Assembly: GCA_019058245.1 (NCBI GenBank) | Contig: JAHPZJ010000030.1 | Location: forward strand, 96,001 to 160,000 | Direction: 5' to 3' | Length of the DNA: 64,000 nucleotides | From: Promethearchaeota archaeon | GTDB taxonomy: Archaea > Asgardarchaeota > Lokiarchaeia > Sigyniarchaeales > SOKP01 | In this document: one piece after another, positions 21,387 to 31,160 of the stretch | Layout of the letters: every line of letters starts with the position of its first letter | How positions within the stretch are numbered: position 1 is the first letter of the stretch | Translations under genes and position numbers: made by a program | Notes under the pieces: model-generated | What the model saw: only the letters and a program-made list of their open reading frames with translations | Database searches by the model: none | Told to the model about the DNA's origin: nothing

Positions 21387-22124
21387 TTACAATCCTGGAA
21401 TCTCTGTTCGTTTGTGAAGGGTGTCCAAACCTTTAGAGATAATTGCTATAGTGATTAGAAATATAATAGCGACAATAATGTAGGTTGTGAGTGATATAAA
21501 CGAATCTGCAACAATAGATTTTGCTTGTCCAAAGAGTTCAGTAGCTCCAATTAATGAAACAACAACAGTATATTTCGGTAAATATGCTGCTTCATTTGAC
21601 CACGCAGGAATTACACGACGTAAAGCTTGTGGTAAAATTATATGACGAATTCCCGCTACACGCGACATACCTATCGATTGAGCAGCCATTAGTTGCCCGG
21701 CACCAATAGACATTATTGAACTACGCAAATATTCAGCTTGATAAGCTGCACTATTAAGACTTAAGGCAATGATTCCAAATAAAATTCGGTGATTTAAGAA
21801 AATAAAAGTTATATTTTTATCAAATATGCTAAATCTAGCTAACACGTTCCATGTTCCAACTGGTATATTTAATCCATAAAATATAAAGAATAATTGTGCA
21901 ATTAAAGGAGTACCTCGTATAAACTCAATATATCCTCCGGATACTCTTGAAAGTATTCTACCTCCATATTGCCGGAAAAGAGAAAGTAAAAGTCCTAAGA
22001 AGAATCCTATCATAAGTGCCCATACATAAAGCCACATTGTAGTAAGAAAACCAGATAAGATTCGGTCCCAGTATCCTAATATAGTGAAAATTTCCCCTAT
22101 TGGATTGTTTTGTTGAAAAATCAT
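21387..22124 (-). CDS. Polar amino acid ABC transporter permease
   Basis: YIEFIRGTP, NSAAYQAEYLR, ILPQA. Confidence 0.93.
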   Translation of the reverse strand: MIFQQNNPIGEIFTILGYWDRILSGFLTTMWLYVWALMIGFFLGLLLSLFRQYGGRILSRVSGGYIEFIRGTPLIAQLFFIFYGLNIPVGTWNVLARFSIFDKNITFIFLNHRILFGIIALSLNSAAYQAEYLRSSIMSIGAGQLMAAQSIGMSRVAGIRHIILPQALRRVIPAWSNEAAYLPKYTVVVSLIGATELFGQAKSIVADSFISLTTYIIVAIIFLITIAIISKGLDTLHKRTEIPGL

Positions 22125-22900
22125 TATTTTTCCTCCTCTTCTAATAAGTCTATCATTTGTTCATGAGTCCCATATAATACTTCAAGCTGTTTTAGAAATT
22201 TTCTTACACGTTCAGATTCTGGTTTCATGAAGAAATGTTTAGGTGTACCACGTTCAATAACTGCACCTTCACTAAGAAAGATCATTTCCGTCGCTACAGC
22301 TTTAGCAAATCCCATTTCATGGGTTACGACAACCATTGTTGTGCCTGCTTTAGCGATGTCTAACATAACTTGAAGTACTTCACCTATTAGTTCAGGATCT
22401 AAAGCAGAGGTAGGTTCATCAAATAAAATTATATCTGGTTCCATGGATAGAGCTCGAGCGATTCCTACTCTTTGTTGTTGACCTCCAGATAGCTGAGCAG
22501 GATAATGGTCTGCCCATTCTGCCATTTTAACACGTTCTAGAGCTTCAAGAGCTTTTTCTCTAGCTTCTTCCTTGGAAAATCCTTTAACTCGACGAAGTCC
22601 AATACTTACATTATCAATTGCTTTAAGATGGGCGAATAAATTGAAATGTTGAAATACCATCCCTATTCGGGTCCGGATTTCGTTTAGGTTAACCCCAGAT
22701 GCCGTAATATTTTTCCCGTGAAGAAAGATTTCACCTTTATCTGGTGGATTTAACATGTTAATACATCGAAGTAATGTACTTTTACCAGAACCGCTTGGTC
22801 CAAATATAACCTTTACTTCTTTTTCAGCTAATTCAAAGGAAACTCCTTTAAGTACTTGTAAGTCTTCATACGATTTCCACACATTATTCACGCTTAACAC
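22124..22900 (-). CDS. Polar amino acid ABC transporter ATP-binding protein (GlnQ/ArtP-like)
   Basis: GPSGSGKST, LSGGQQQRV, FDEPTSALDPE, THEMGFA. Confidence 0.95.
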   Translation of the reverse strand: MLSVNNVWKSYEDLQVLKGVSFELAEKEVKVIFGPSGSGKSTLLRCINMLNPPDKGEIFLHGKNITASGVNLNEIRTRIGMVFQHFNLFAHLKAIDNVSIGLRRVKGFSKEEAREKALEALERVKMAEWADHYPAQLSGGQQQRVGIARALSMEPDIILFDEPTSALDPELIGEVLQVMLDIAKAGTTMVVVTHEMGFAKAVATEMIFLSEGAVIERGTPKHFFMKPESERVRKFLKQLEVLYGTHEQMIDLLEEEEK

Positions 22901-22923
22901 TGGTTCGTATTTAACCTCTATCC

Positions 22924-23610
22924 TTAACCACCCCCCATTCCTAATTTTTTAAGTTTCTTGGTTTGGTGTTCACCAAATAATTTTGTTATCGGATATGTCA
23001 ATAAAAAATAGAGAATTGCTAGTACACCAATAGAAACTGTCCAAAATCCTCGAAAGGCATATGAAAAATTATATGCAGCTCTGGTCAACTCGACAATTCC
23101 AACTGCATAAGCAAAGGAAGAATCCTTAATGACTACTGAATACTCATTGGACCAACTAGGCATAGCTAGTCTTAATGCTTGGGGTAGAACAACGTGTCGA
23201 AAAGTTTGAAGCCCACTCATCCCCAAAGCACGTGCAGCTTCAATCTGTCCTGGATTTACAGATAAAATAGCACCACGAAAAATTTGAGATTGATATGCCC
23301 CACTTCGAAGTCCGAGTGCAAAAATTATACTTGCTAAAGGTCTTTGAAGAGGATCTACATACCAGAATAACTCTGGAACTCCAAATGCAAATATATAAAT
23401 TAGCACTAGAATAGGAATACCTCGGAAAATCTTCTCATAGCCGCTTGCTAACCAATTAAGCTCTTTCCCTGCATAAACACGCATGAGAGCTAATATAATA
23501 CCTAAAACAAATCCAATTAATAAGCCCAGTACTGTCATAAGCAATGTTTGGGCTAATCCCTTTGTGACAATATAAATTAAAATGTCAGCTAGGTCCGGCA
23601 TATTACTCAT
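22924..23610 (-). CDS. Polar amino acid ABC transporter permease
   Basis: FRGIP, GQIEAARALGM, LPQA, IKDSS. Confidence 0.93.
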   Translation of the reverse strand: MSNMPDLADILIYIVTKGLAQTLLMTVLGLLIGFVLGIILALMRVYAGKELNWLASGYEKIFRGIPILVLIYIFAFGVPELFWYVDPLQRPLASIIFALGLRSGAYQSQIFRGAILSVNPGQIEAARALGMSGLQTFRHVVLPQALRLAMPSWSNEYSVVIKDSSFAYAVGIVELTRAAYNFSYAFRGFWTVSIGVLAILYFLLTYPITKLFGEHQTKKLKKLGMGGG

Positions 23611-23617
23611 CCTTTAA

Positions 23618-24439
23618 TTAACCAAACCATTCATCCATTAAATCAAATATTGATCCATCCTGATAACTGTCAAAAATAACTTGATTCATAGTATACAATA
23701 GTTTTGGTTCCCCCAGCCTAGTCCATAAAGCAAGAGGTTCCGTTCCTGTACTATATATTATCTTTATATCGTATGTATTTGCCCAAGCTGTAAAAACTGG
23801 CTCATCTACATATGCAAGCTGTATAGCTCCACTATCTAATGCTAACATTAGATCATTTGCATTATCATATACTAATAAATCAGCCCCTACAGTCATATCT
23901 AAACCATCGGGACCTAGCTCCTCATACATAACAGTTCCAGTTTGAACACCAACAGTATAATCTTCGAGATCGTTTATAGTTGTTATTGTGATTCCTGACG
24001 CATTAGGAGCAACTACAGCTTGACTCACAGTAATATACGTAATGGATGGTGCAAGATTTTCTGCTCGTTCTTCTGTATATGTCATAGCGGCGGCAATCAT
24101 ATCTATTGTTCCTGCTCTACAAGCAGCAATCAGAGAATCAAAGGGTATATTCTGCATCACAAGGTCAACACCTATTTCGTCTGCAATCATCTCCGCTACA
24201 TCTATATCAAAGCCTACAATAAGTCCTTCAGGATAAGTTAAATTTTCAAAAGGCGGATAATCTGCACTTGTTCCCACAATTAGTTCTCCTCGAGCAACAA
24301 TTGTATCAAGTAATGGAGTACGAGCAGCCTCTGGAATAGGTGAAGGTATAAACCATCCACCAATTAATCCAACTCCAAAACCAACTATAATTGCTATTAT
24401 TGCAATTTCTCTTCTTATTACTGGTGATTCTCTACTCAT
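23618..24439 (-). CDS. Polar amino acid ABC transporter substrate-binding protein (SBP family 3), TM-anchored
   Basis: GTSADYPPFE, GFDIDV, VGVQTGT; N-terminal hydrophobic anchor. Confidence 0.93.
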   Translation of the reverse strand: MSRESPVIRREIAIIAIIVGFGVGLIGGWFIPSPIPEAARTPLLDTIVARGELIVGTSADYPPFENLTYPEGLIVGFDIDVAEMIADEIGVDLVMQNIPFDSLIAACRAGTIDMIAAAMTYTEERAENLAPSITYITVSQAVVAPNASGITITTINDLEDYTVGVQTGTVMYEELGPDGLDMTVGADLLVYDNANDLMLALDSGAIQLAYVDEPVFTAWANTYDIKIIYSTGTEPLALWTRLGEPKLLYTMNQVIFDSYQDGSIFDLMDEWFG

Positions 24440-24844
24440 TTAATTATAACCTCATTTTTTATTTTTTTTAATAATTCATTAATGGTAATTTTTGGATAAA
24501 TTTTGATGTGGATATATTTTTAAGTAAATATATAAACATTTCTATCCAATTATGATTTAAAGTAATTATTCCGAGATTTAAAATCAACATTTAATATTCT
24601 TCAATTAATAGGTATTACTTCTAAAAAAGTTTAATATAAGGTTTTTGTCAAGGAGTTCTTTTTGTAATTTAATATAACTCTTATCTTGTTTGGAAATAAT
24701 TCTCTAAATTTAATCAATATCTTAATAATTCGAGATGTATTTTTTTAAATTTATAATGTCTATAATTTTCATTAAAACATTAAAAATTATAGCAATAAAA
24801 GATCAATATTTAAATAATATATTATAAAATGTTAGAGATCAAAA

Positions 24845-26329
24845 ATGAGAAAAAATTTATATAGGATAGGATTAGATATTCCTCTCAACAATGATGCGCT
24901 TAAGTTTATCTCATCTTTAAAAGAAGATTTTTGGATTGTTGAGGAAGATATAATTGGTACTCAAGTCCATAATATTATGCTTTTTGAGCAAAAAATCCTT
25001 GATGAAACTGAGATAAGGAAAATCTTATTTGCCCTTGAGCAAATAAAAAATAAGATTAAGAGTAATAAAATTGAGATAGATGATAGTTTTGAAGATATAC
25101 ATCCATTTATAGAAAAAAGTGTAATTGATACAATTGGGATTGAAATTGGAGGTAAATTACATACTGGTAGATCTAGAAATGATCAAGTATCAGTTGATTT
25201 AAGACTAAAAATCAGAAAGGAGTTAAATAAGATTTCTGAAGGATTATTTGCTCTCATTGATATTTTACTTAATCTTTCTAAAAATAACATAAGTTCATAT
25301 CTGCCATTATATACTCATTTACAAAGAGGACAATTAGGGGTTTTTTCTCATTATATCAATAATTATATTGCTCAGTTTTTAAGAACTCTAGAAAGAATAG
25401 AAGAAATTTATAATAGAGTTAATAAGAATCCACTCGGAGCATGTGCAATAGGAGGAACAAGTATTAATATCAATAGGAATAGGACATCAGAATTACTAGG
25501 ATTTGATGGATTAGTTTATAACTCTATTGATGCTATAAGTTCAAGAGATTATATTTATGAAACATTAATGGTTTTTTCTTTACTAGCTATCCAATTTTCG
25601 AGAATTGCTGAAGATTTAATAATTTGGGCGACTAAAGAATTTAACTTCATAGAATTAGCTGATGAATACTGTTCTGTATCAAGTGTTATGCCACAAAAAA
25701 AAAATCCAGATACTGTAGAATTAATAAGGAGCAGAAGTTCAAAAGTAGTTTCAAACTTATTTAGTACAGCAATGATTATTAAAGCTATTCCAACAGGTTA
25801 CTTTAAAGATTTCCAAGATTTAAAGAAGAAATTGATAAGTTCGATTAATATAATACTTTCAATAATTACAATGTTTAAAGGTATATTTTCAACAATATCC
25901 ATTAATAAAGACAATATGCGACACGCTATTGATGATAGTTTTATTCTTGCTTTAGATTTAGCTGAACTATTAGTACAAGACTATAACATCCCTTTTAGAC
26001 AATCGCATGAAATTGTTGCATTACTAGTAAAGAATTTAGAAAAGCCAGAAGATATGTTAAATAGAGAAAAAATTGAGAAATCAATTTTCAATGTAATAAA
26101 AAAGGAAATAAATTTATCAGAGAAAGTAATTCAAACAATAAAAAATTTGGATCTTTGTTTAGAAAGAAGAATTAGTCAAGGTTCTCCATCTGGAAAAGAG
26201 GTAAAACTTAATATTGATAAACTAGGAAAATGGAAAGATTCATTGTACACTTTATTTTTAAACAGAATAGAAAAAGTAAAAAATGCTAAAGTTCTAAGAA
26301 ATAGACTTATTGAGAAATTAATCTCATGA
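24845..26329 (+). CDS. argH: Argininosuccinate lyase
   Basis: EDIH, KLHTGRSRNDQV, YTHLQ, SSVMPQKKNPD. Confidence 0.95.
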   Translation: MRKNLYRIGLDIPLNNDALKFISSLKEDFWIVEEDIIGTQVHNIMLFEQKILDETEIRKILFALEQIKNKIKSNKIEIDDSFEDIHPFIEKSVIDTIGIEIGGKLHTGRSRNDQVSVDLRLKIRKELNKISEGLFALIDILLNLSKNNISSYLPLYTHLQRGQLGVFSHYINNYIAQFLRTLERIEEIYNRVNKNPLGACAIGGTSININRNRTSELLGFDGLVYNSIDAISSRDYIYETLMVFSLLAIQFSRIAEDLIIWATKEFNFIELADEYCSVSSVMPQKKNPDTVELIRSRSSKVVSNLFSTAMIIKAIPTGYFKDFQDLKKKLISSINIILSIITMFKGIFSTISINKDNMRHAIDDSFILALDLAELLVQDYNIPFRQSHEIVALLVKNLEKPEDMLNREKIEKSIFNVIKKEINLSEKVIQTIKNLDLCLERRISQGSPSGKEVKLNIDKLGKWKDSLYTLFLNRIEKVKNAKVLRNRLIEKLIS

Positions 26330-26424
26330 AAAATAAATTATTGACAATGGTTAAAAGACCTTAATAATCAGAAATTTTCTCTAGTAAATGATTAATATAT
26401 TTATTATTTATTTGTTCCCTAAAC

Positions 26425-26434
26425 TTTTTAAATA
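26425..26434 (+). promoter_or_regulatory. Putative TATA box for the arg leader/argJ transcript
   Basis: AAAC-TTTTTAAATA about 50 nt upstream of the first possible leader start; AT-rich background limits confidence. Confidence 0.4.
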
Positions 26435-26504
26435 GCGCTTCCTATTATAAAATTATTAATAATTTTGTGTTGGTGTTAAAAGTTTGATTTCACTTGATCT
26501 TAAT

Positions 26505-26591
26505 ATGAATTATGAAATTGATAAAATTCAATTTCTGAGAACACCATACAAATTAAATCTGGCACGTCGCCGTCGTCTGCTAATTTATTAA
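26505..26591 (+). CDS. Putative arginine leader peptide (28 aa; 35 aa if started at TTG 26484)
   Basis: MNYEIDKIQFLRTPYKLNLARRRRLLIY*; Arg run CGT CGC CGT CGT at 26565-26576; stop 112 nt upstream of argJ; in-frame TTG at 26484 has GGTG 8 nt upstream. Confidence 0.8.
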   Translation: MNYEIDKIQFLRTPYKLNLARRRRLLIY

Positions 26592-26661
26592 TAAATATAA
26601 GAATTGAAGTATAATTCTTATTTCTTCACTTCTTCAAATTTATTATTTTTATAATTTTTTT
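26590..26661 (+). terminator. Putative attenuator: hairpin with alternative pairing, then T-tracts
   Basis: ATAAGAATT (26597-26605) / AATTCTTAT (26613-26621); alternative TTGAAG (26604-26609) / CTTCAA (26632-26637) plus AATAAAT / ATTTATT; T5 at 26646-26650 and T7 at 26655-26661. Confidence 0.5.
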
Positions 26662-26703
26662 AAAATATTAATTGATACAAAAATTTTTAATGGTTTATAA
26701 GAA

Positions 26704-27945
26704 ATGGAAAAAAAGAATGCAGGAATAAAGAAAATTAATGGAGGAATTACAAGTCCAAAAGGATATCATGCTACTGGAAGTCATATAGGGATAAAAGAAT
26801 GCAAAAAAGATTTAGCTATAGTATATAGTGATGTTCCAGCCAAAGCAGTAGGTGTCTTTACTACAAATTTATTAAAAGCATCTTCAGTTTTATGGAATCA
26901 GAATCTTATTAAAAATCACAATATGATACAAGGTATAGTTGTTAATAGTGGAAATGCTAACGTTTGTACAGGAGAAATAGGGGATAAACATACAGAAATG
27001 ATGGCTGCTGAGTTAGCTTCTTGTTTGGGATTTAATAAAAATCAAGTAATAGTTGCTTCTACAGGGGTTATTGGAAAACTTCTTCCAATTGAAATTATAA
27101 TTAAGGGTATTAAAAATACTTGTAAAACCCTAGGAATTACTGAAAATGATGCTAGATTGGCTGCTGAAGCAATAATAACGACAGATACACACCCAAAAGA
27201 GATCTCGGTTGAATTTATTATCGATAATAAGAAAATTAGAATTGGAGGTATGGCTAAGGGTTCTGGAATGATTCATCCAAATATGGCAACTATGCTTTCA
27301 TTTATTTCAACGGATATAAATATTTCAAGAGAATTATTGGAAAAAGCTTTAAAAGAAAGCATTGAAGAATCATATAATATGATCTCTGTAGATGGTGATA
27401 CAAGTACTAGTGATTCAGTAATTCTTTTGGCTAATGGAATGAGTAATAACTCAGAAATCTTGGATGAGGGTGAAGATTATCTCACTTTTAAACAAGCTCT
27501 TCACTATGTAAATTTATATTTAGCTCAAGAAATTGTAAGAGATGGAGAAGGAGCAAATAAATTTATTACAGTCCATGTTAAAGGAGCTGCATCAAAGCAA
27601 GATGCAAAGATCTTAAGTAAATCTGTTATAACCTCAAATTTAGTTAAAACCGCATTCTTTGGAGAAGATGCAAATTGGGGTAGAATTATTTGTGCTATGG
27701 GATATTCTGGAGCTAATTTTGATCCTTCAAAAGTTTCAATAAAGTATTTAAATAGTGGTAATTCAATTGAGGTTATGAAAGATGGTATGTCTTTAGAATT
27801 TGATGAAGATTTAGCATTAAAAATATTAAAAGAAAAAGAAATTATTGTAGAATTAATTTTAAAAGATGGAGAAAGTGAGGCAATCGCATGGGGATGTGAT
27901 TTAAGTTATGATTATGTCCGAATTAATGGTTCTTATAGAACCTGA
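26704..27945 (+). CDS. argJ: Bifunctional glutamate N-acetyltransferase/ornithine acetyltransferase
   Basis: NSGNAN..TG, STGVIG, TTDT, KGSGMIHPNMATML, VDGDTSTSD, DGEGA, DANWGR. Confidence 0.96.
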   Translation: MEKKNAGIKKINGGITSPKGYHATGSHIGIKECKKDLAIVYSDVPAKAVGVFTTNLLKASSVLWNQNLIKNHNMIQGIVVNSGNANVCTGEIGDKHTEMMAAELASCLGFNKNQVIVASTGVIGKLLPIEIIIKGIKNTCKTLGITENDARLAAEAIITTDTHPKEISVEFIIDNKKIRIGGMAKGSGMIHPNMATMLSFISTDINISRELLEKALKESIEESYNMISVDGDTSTSDSVILLANGMSNNSEILDEGEDYLTFKQALHYVNLYLAQEIVRDGEGANKFITVHVKGAASKQDAKILSKSVITSNLVKTAFFGEDANWGRIICAMGYSGANFDPSKVSIKYLNSGNSIEVMKDGMSLEFDEDLALKILKEKEIIVELILKDGESEAIAWGCDLSYDYVRINGSYRT

Positions 27946-27958
27946 AAAGGTGGAAAAA

Positions 27959-28819
27959 ATGATTGAAAATATTGGAAAAGCAAAAATTTTGATAGAAGCA
28001 ATAAAATACATCAGAGCTTTTTACAGAAAAACTTTTGTTATTAAATATGGGGGTAGTGCAATGGTAAAACCTGAGCTTAAAAAGAGTTTTATTGAAGACC
28101 TCATTTTCCTCAATTTCGTAGGAATAAATGTAATAGTTGTGCATGGGGGTGGAGCTTCAATTAACACCTTATTAGACAAATTAAAAATCGAGTCAAAATT
28201 TTTTAATGGCCTTAGAATTACCGATGAAGAAACAATGGATGTTGTTGAGATGGTATTAGCTGGTAAAATAAATAAGGGAATAGTAAATGATATTCAAACT
28301 CAAGGAAGTAATGCAATAGGACTAAGTGGGAAAGATAGCAATTTACTGAAGGTCAAGAAAAAAATGGTTGAAGGAGAGGATTTAGGGTTTGTTGGCGAGG
28401 TAACTGAAGTAAATACTCAATTTTTAAAAGGGATACTAAAAAATTCTTTAATTCCTGTTATTGCTCCAATAGGTTCAGATCATATAGGAAATACATATAA
28501 TATCAATGCTGATGAAGTGGCACTAGCCATTTCAAAAGCATTAAATGTAGAAAAGTTAATCTATATAACTGACGTTTTAGGAGTACTTCTTGATGTAAAT
28601 GATAAGAATTCTCTAATATCAGAATTGAGGACTGAACAAGCTTTATCTTATATTAGAGAAGGTAAAATTACAGAAGGGATGATTCCAAAAGTAAGAAGTT
28701 GTATAGAAGCAGTAAATAGTGATGTAAAAGCAGTACATATTATAGATGGTAGAATTGAACATAGTCTTTTACTTGAAATTTTAACTCCTCAAGGGATTGG
28801 TACAATGTTTAAAAAGTAA
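27959..28819 (+). CDS. argB: Acetylglutamate kinase
   Basis: IKYGGSAM, VHGGG, GLRITD, NINAD, GMIPK; start moved to ATG 27959 after AGGTGG. Confidence 0.96.
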   Translation: MIENIGKAKILIEAIKYIRAFYRKTFVIKYGGSAMVKPELKKSFIEDLIFLNFVGINVIVVHGGGASINTLLDKLKIESKFFNGLRITDEETMDVVEMVLAGKINKGIVNDIQTQGSNAIGLSGKDSNLLKVKKKMVEGEDLGFVGEVTEVNTQFLKGILKNSLIPVIAPIGSDHIGNTYNINADEVALAISKALNVEKLIYITDVLGVLLDVNDKNSLISELRTEQALSYIREGKITEGMIPKVRSCIEAVNSDVKAVHIIDGRIEHSLLLEILTPQGIGTMFKK

Positions 28820-28863
28820 AATTATATAAAAAAAGTATAGAAATAAAAGAGAGGAAATTAATC

Positions 28864-30066
28864 ATGAGTGATTGGATTGAAAGGGGAACTAAGGTTATAA
28901 TGAACACTTATAAACAGTTTCCCATTGTATTAGAAAAAGGAAATGGCGTTTATCTCTGGGATAGTGAAGGAAAAAAGTACCTTGATTTTGTTGCAGGGAT
29001 AGCTGTAAATGCTTTAGGTTATAATGATTCTGACTATATTCAAGAAATTACTACACAATTAAAAAAAATGCAACATTGTTCAAATTTATACTGGATGATA
29101 CCATCAATAGAATTAGGCGAGATTTTAATTCAAAATAGTTGTTTTGATAAAATATTTTATTGTAATAGTGGAGCTGAAGCTGTTGAAGCCGCAATAAAAT
29201 TGAGTAAGAAGTATGGAAAGAAAGTCCATGGAAATAATTGTAGTAAAATTATTACAATGAAGAGATCGTTTCACGGAAGAACAATGGCAACGATCACTGC
29301 AACAGGTCAGACTAAATATCAAAAGGGATTCGATCCATTAATGCCTGGATTTTCCTATGTTGAATTTAATAACTATAATGAGTTAAAAGAAGCAGTCAAT
29401 GAAGATACCTGTGCTATTATTATAGAACCTATACAGGGAGAAGGAGGAATTCATCCTGCTGAGAAGTCATTTTTAAAAGAAGTACGAGCTCTGTGTGATG
29501 AAAAAGATATTGTACTTGTATTTGATGAAGTTCAATGTGGAATCGGAAGAACTGGCGAATTATTTGCATATCAATTATTTGATGTAAAACCTGATGTAGT
29601 TTCATTAGCAAAAGGTTTAGCTGGAGGTATTCCCATAGGAGCAATGCTGGCAGTTCAGAGTAAAGCGGATGCTTTTCAACCTGGTGATCATGCATCAACG
29701 TTTGGAGGCAATCATTTAGCATGTACAGCAGGTAAGGTAGTACTAAATAAATTATTAAACGGTGGGATTCTTGAAAATGTACGAAAACAAGGGAAATATC
29801 TAAAAGAAAAGTTAATTAATTTAAAGGAAAAATATGCGATGATTAAAGAGGTAAGGGGCTATGGTTTAATGCTCGGTCTTGAACTAAATATTCCTGTCAA
29901 GGATATAATAGAAATATGTATGGAACAAGGTTTACTTATTTTAGGTGCTGGAGAAAACGTAATAAGATTTGTTCCACCGCTGATAATTAACAAAAATGAA
30001 ATTGATGAAGGAGTAACTATCCTTGATGGGGTACTACAACAATTCAAAAATAATAAAGGTTTATAA
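28864..30066 (+). CDS. argD: Acetylornithine aminotransferase
   Basis: YLDFVAGIAVN.LG, NSGAEA, SFHGRT, DEVQCG.GRTG, AKGLAGG, HASTFGGN. Confidence 0.94.
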   Translation: MSDWIERGTKVIMNTYKQFPIVLEKGNGVYLWDSEGKKYLDFVAGIAVNALGYNDSDYIQEITTQLKKMQHCSNLYWMIPSIELGEILIQNSCFDKIFYCNSGAEAVEAAIKLSKKYGKKVHGNNCSKIITMKRSFHGRTMATITATGQTKYQKGFDPLMPGFSYVEFNNYNELKEAVNEDTCAIIIEPIQGEGGIHPAEKSFLKEVRALCDEKDIVLVFDEVQCGIGRTGELFAYQLFDVKPDVVSLAKGLAGGIPIGAMLAVQSKADAFQPGDHASTFGGNHLACTAGKVVLNKLLNGGILENVRKQGKYLKEKLINLKEKYAMIKEVRGYGLMLGLELNIPVKDIIEICMEQGLLILGAGENVIRFVPPLIINKNEIDEGVTILDGVLQQFKNNKGL

Positions 30067-31112
30067 TGATGATTAGAGCAGGTATAATAGGAGCAACTGG
30101 ATATGTAGGTTCAGATTTAGTTAGAATTTTATATCATCATCCTGAAGTAGAATTAAAATTATTAACTTCTAAAAATCATAAAAATCAAAGTTATAATTCA
30201 GTATATTCAAACTTCAACAAAATATGTGAGATGATATGTGATGAGGATGATCTTGATTCTGCAATAAACCAACTTGATATAATTTTTCTATCATTACCTC
30301 ATGGAGTAACTTCAAGTATATTAACAGATAAGATTTTAAAAAATGTAAAGGTTATTGACCTCAGTGCTGATTTTCGATTAAAGAGTGTAGATGAATATGT
30401 GGAATGGTATAACATTAAACATAGTAATGCTAATCTGTTGAAAAAAGCAGTCTATGGTCTTTCTGAATGGAAAAGAGAACAAATAAAAAATTCAAAATTA
30501 GTTGCTAATCCTGGTTGCTATCCAACTTGTGCTTTATTATGTTTATTACCTCTTATCAAAGAAGGGATTTTAGAAGAAGAACACATAATTATTGATGCAA
30601 AGTCAGGAGTGTCAGGTGCAGGAAGATCTTTAAATCTTGGAACTCATTTCTCAGAAAGTAATGAATCAACTAAGGCATATAACGTTCTCTCTCATCGACA
30701 TACTCCAGAGATCGATCAGGAATTAAGTGAAGTAAATGGAAATGAAATATCAGTTATTTTTACACCCCATCTAATCCCAATGAATCGAGGAATATTATGT
30801 ACTTGTTATGGGATTCTTAAAAAGTCATATAATTATGAAGATATCAAAAAAATATATGAAGATAATTATGAAAATGAATTTTTTATTCGTCTAATGAAGA
30901 AAAATGATTTACCTGAAACGAGATGGGTTAAGGGTTCAAATTATTGTGATATTGGTTTTAGTCTAGATGAAAAAGCTAATAGAATAATTATAGTTGGAGC
31001 AATTGACAATCTAGTTAAGGGTGGAGCAGGACAAGCTGTTCAAAATATGAATTTAATGTTTGATTTAGAAGAGAATATAGGGTTAAAATCAATTCCTATG
31101 TTCCCTGTTTAA
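30066..31112 (+). CDS. argC: N-acetyl-gamma-glutamyl-phosphate reductase
   Basis: GATGYVG, DLSADFR, ANPGCYPT, SGVSGAGR, HRHTPE, DNLVKG.AGQA. Confidence 0.96.
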   Translation: MMIRAGIIGATGYVGSDLVRILYHHPEVELKLLTSKNHKNQSYNSVYSNFNKICEMICDEDDLDSAINQLDIIFLSLPHGVTSSILTDKILKNVKVIDLSADFRLKSVDEYVEWYNIKHSNANLLKKAVYGLSEWKREQIKNSKLVANPGCYPTCALLCLLPLIKEGILEEEHIIIDAKSGVSGAGRSLNLGTHFSESNESTKAYNVLSHRHTPEIDQELSEVNGNEISVIFTPHLIPMNRGILCTCYGILKKSYNYEDIKKIYEDNYENEFFIRLMKKNDLPETRWVKGSNYCDIGFSLDEKANRIIIVGAIDNLVKGGAGQAVQNMNLMFDLEENIGLKSIPMFPV

Positions 31113-31160
31113 AGAAAAATAATAATATAATAGGCAATAATAAAAAAAAGTGAGGGATTA

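Noticed and set aside
24440-24844. Searched for an Arg-rich leader upstream of argH and the ABC transporter
   Set aside because: No short ORF with clustered Arg codons seen on either strand.
27908-27958. Track N-terminal extension of argB (similarly hisH 40071-40133 and hisB 40690-40704)
   Set aside because: The extensions overlap upstream genes; downstream ATGs match family N-termini and have SD-like sequences.
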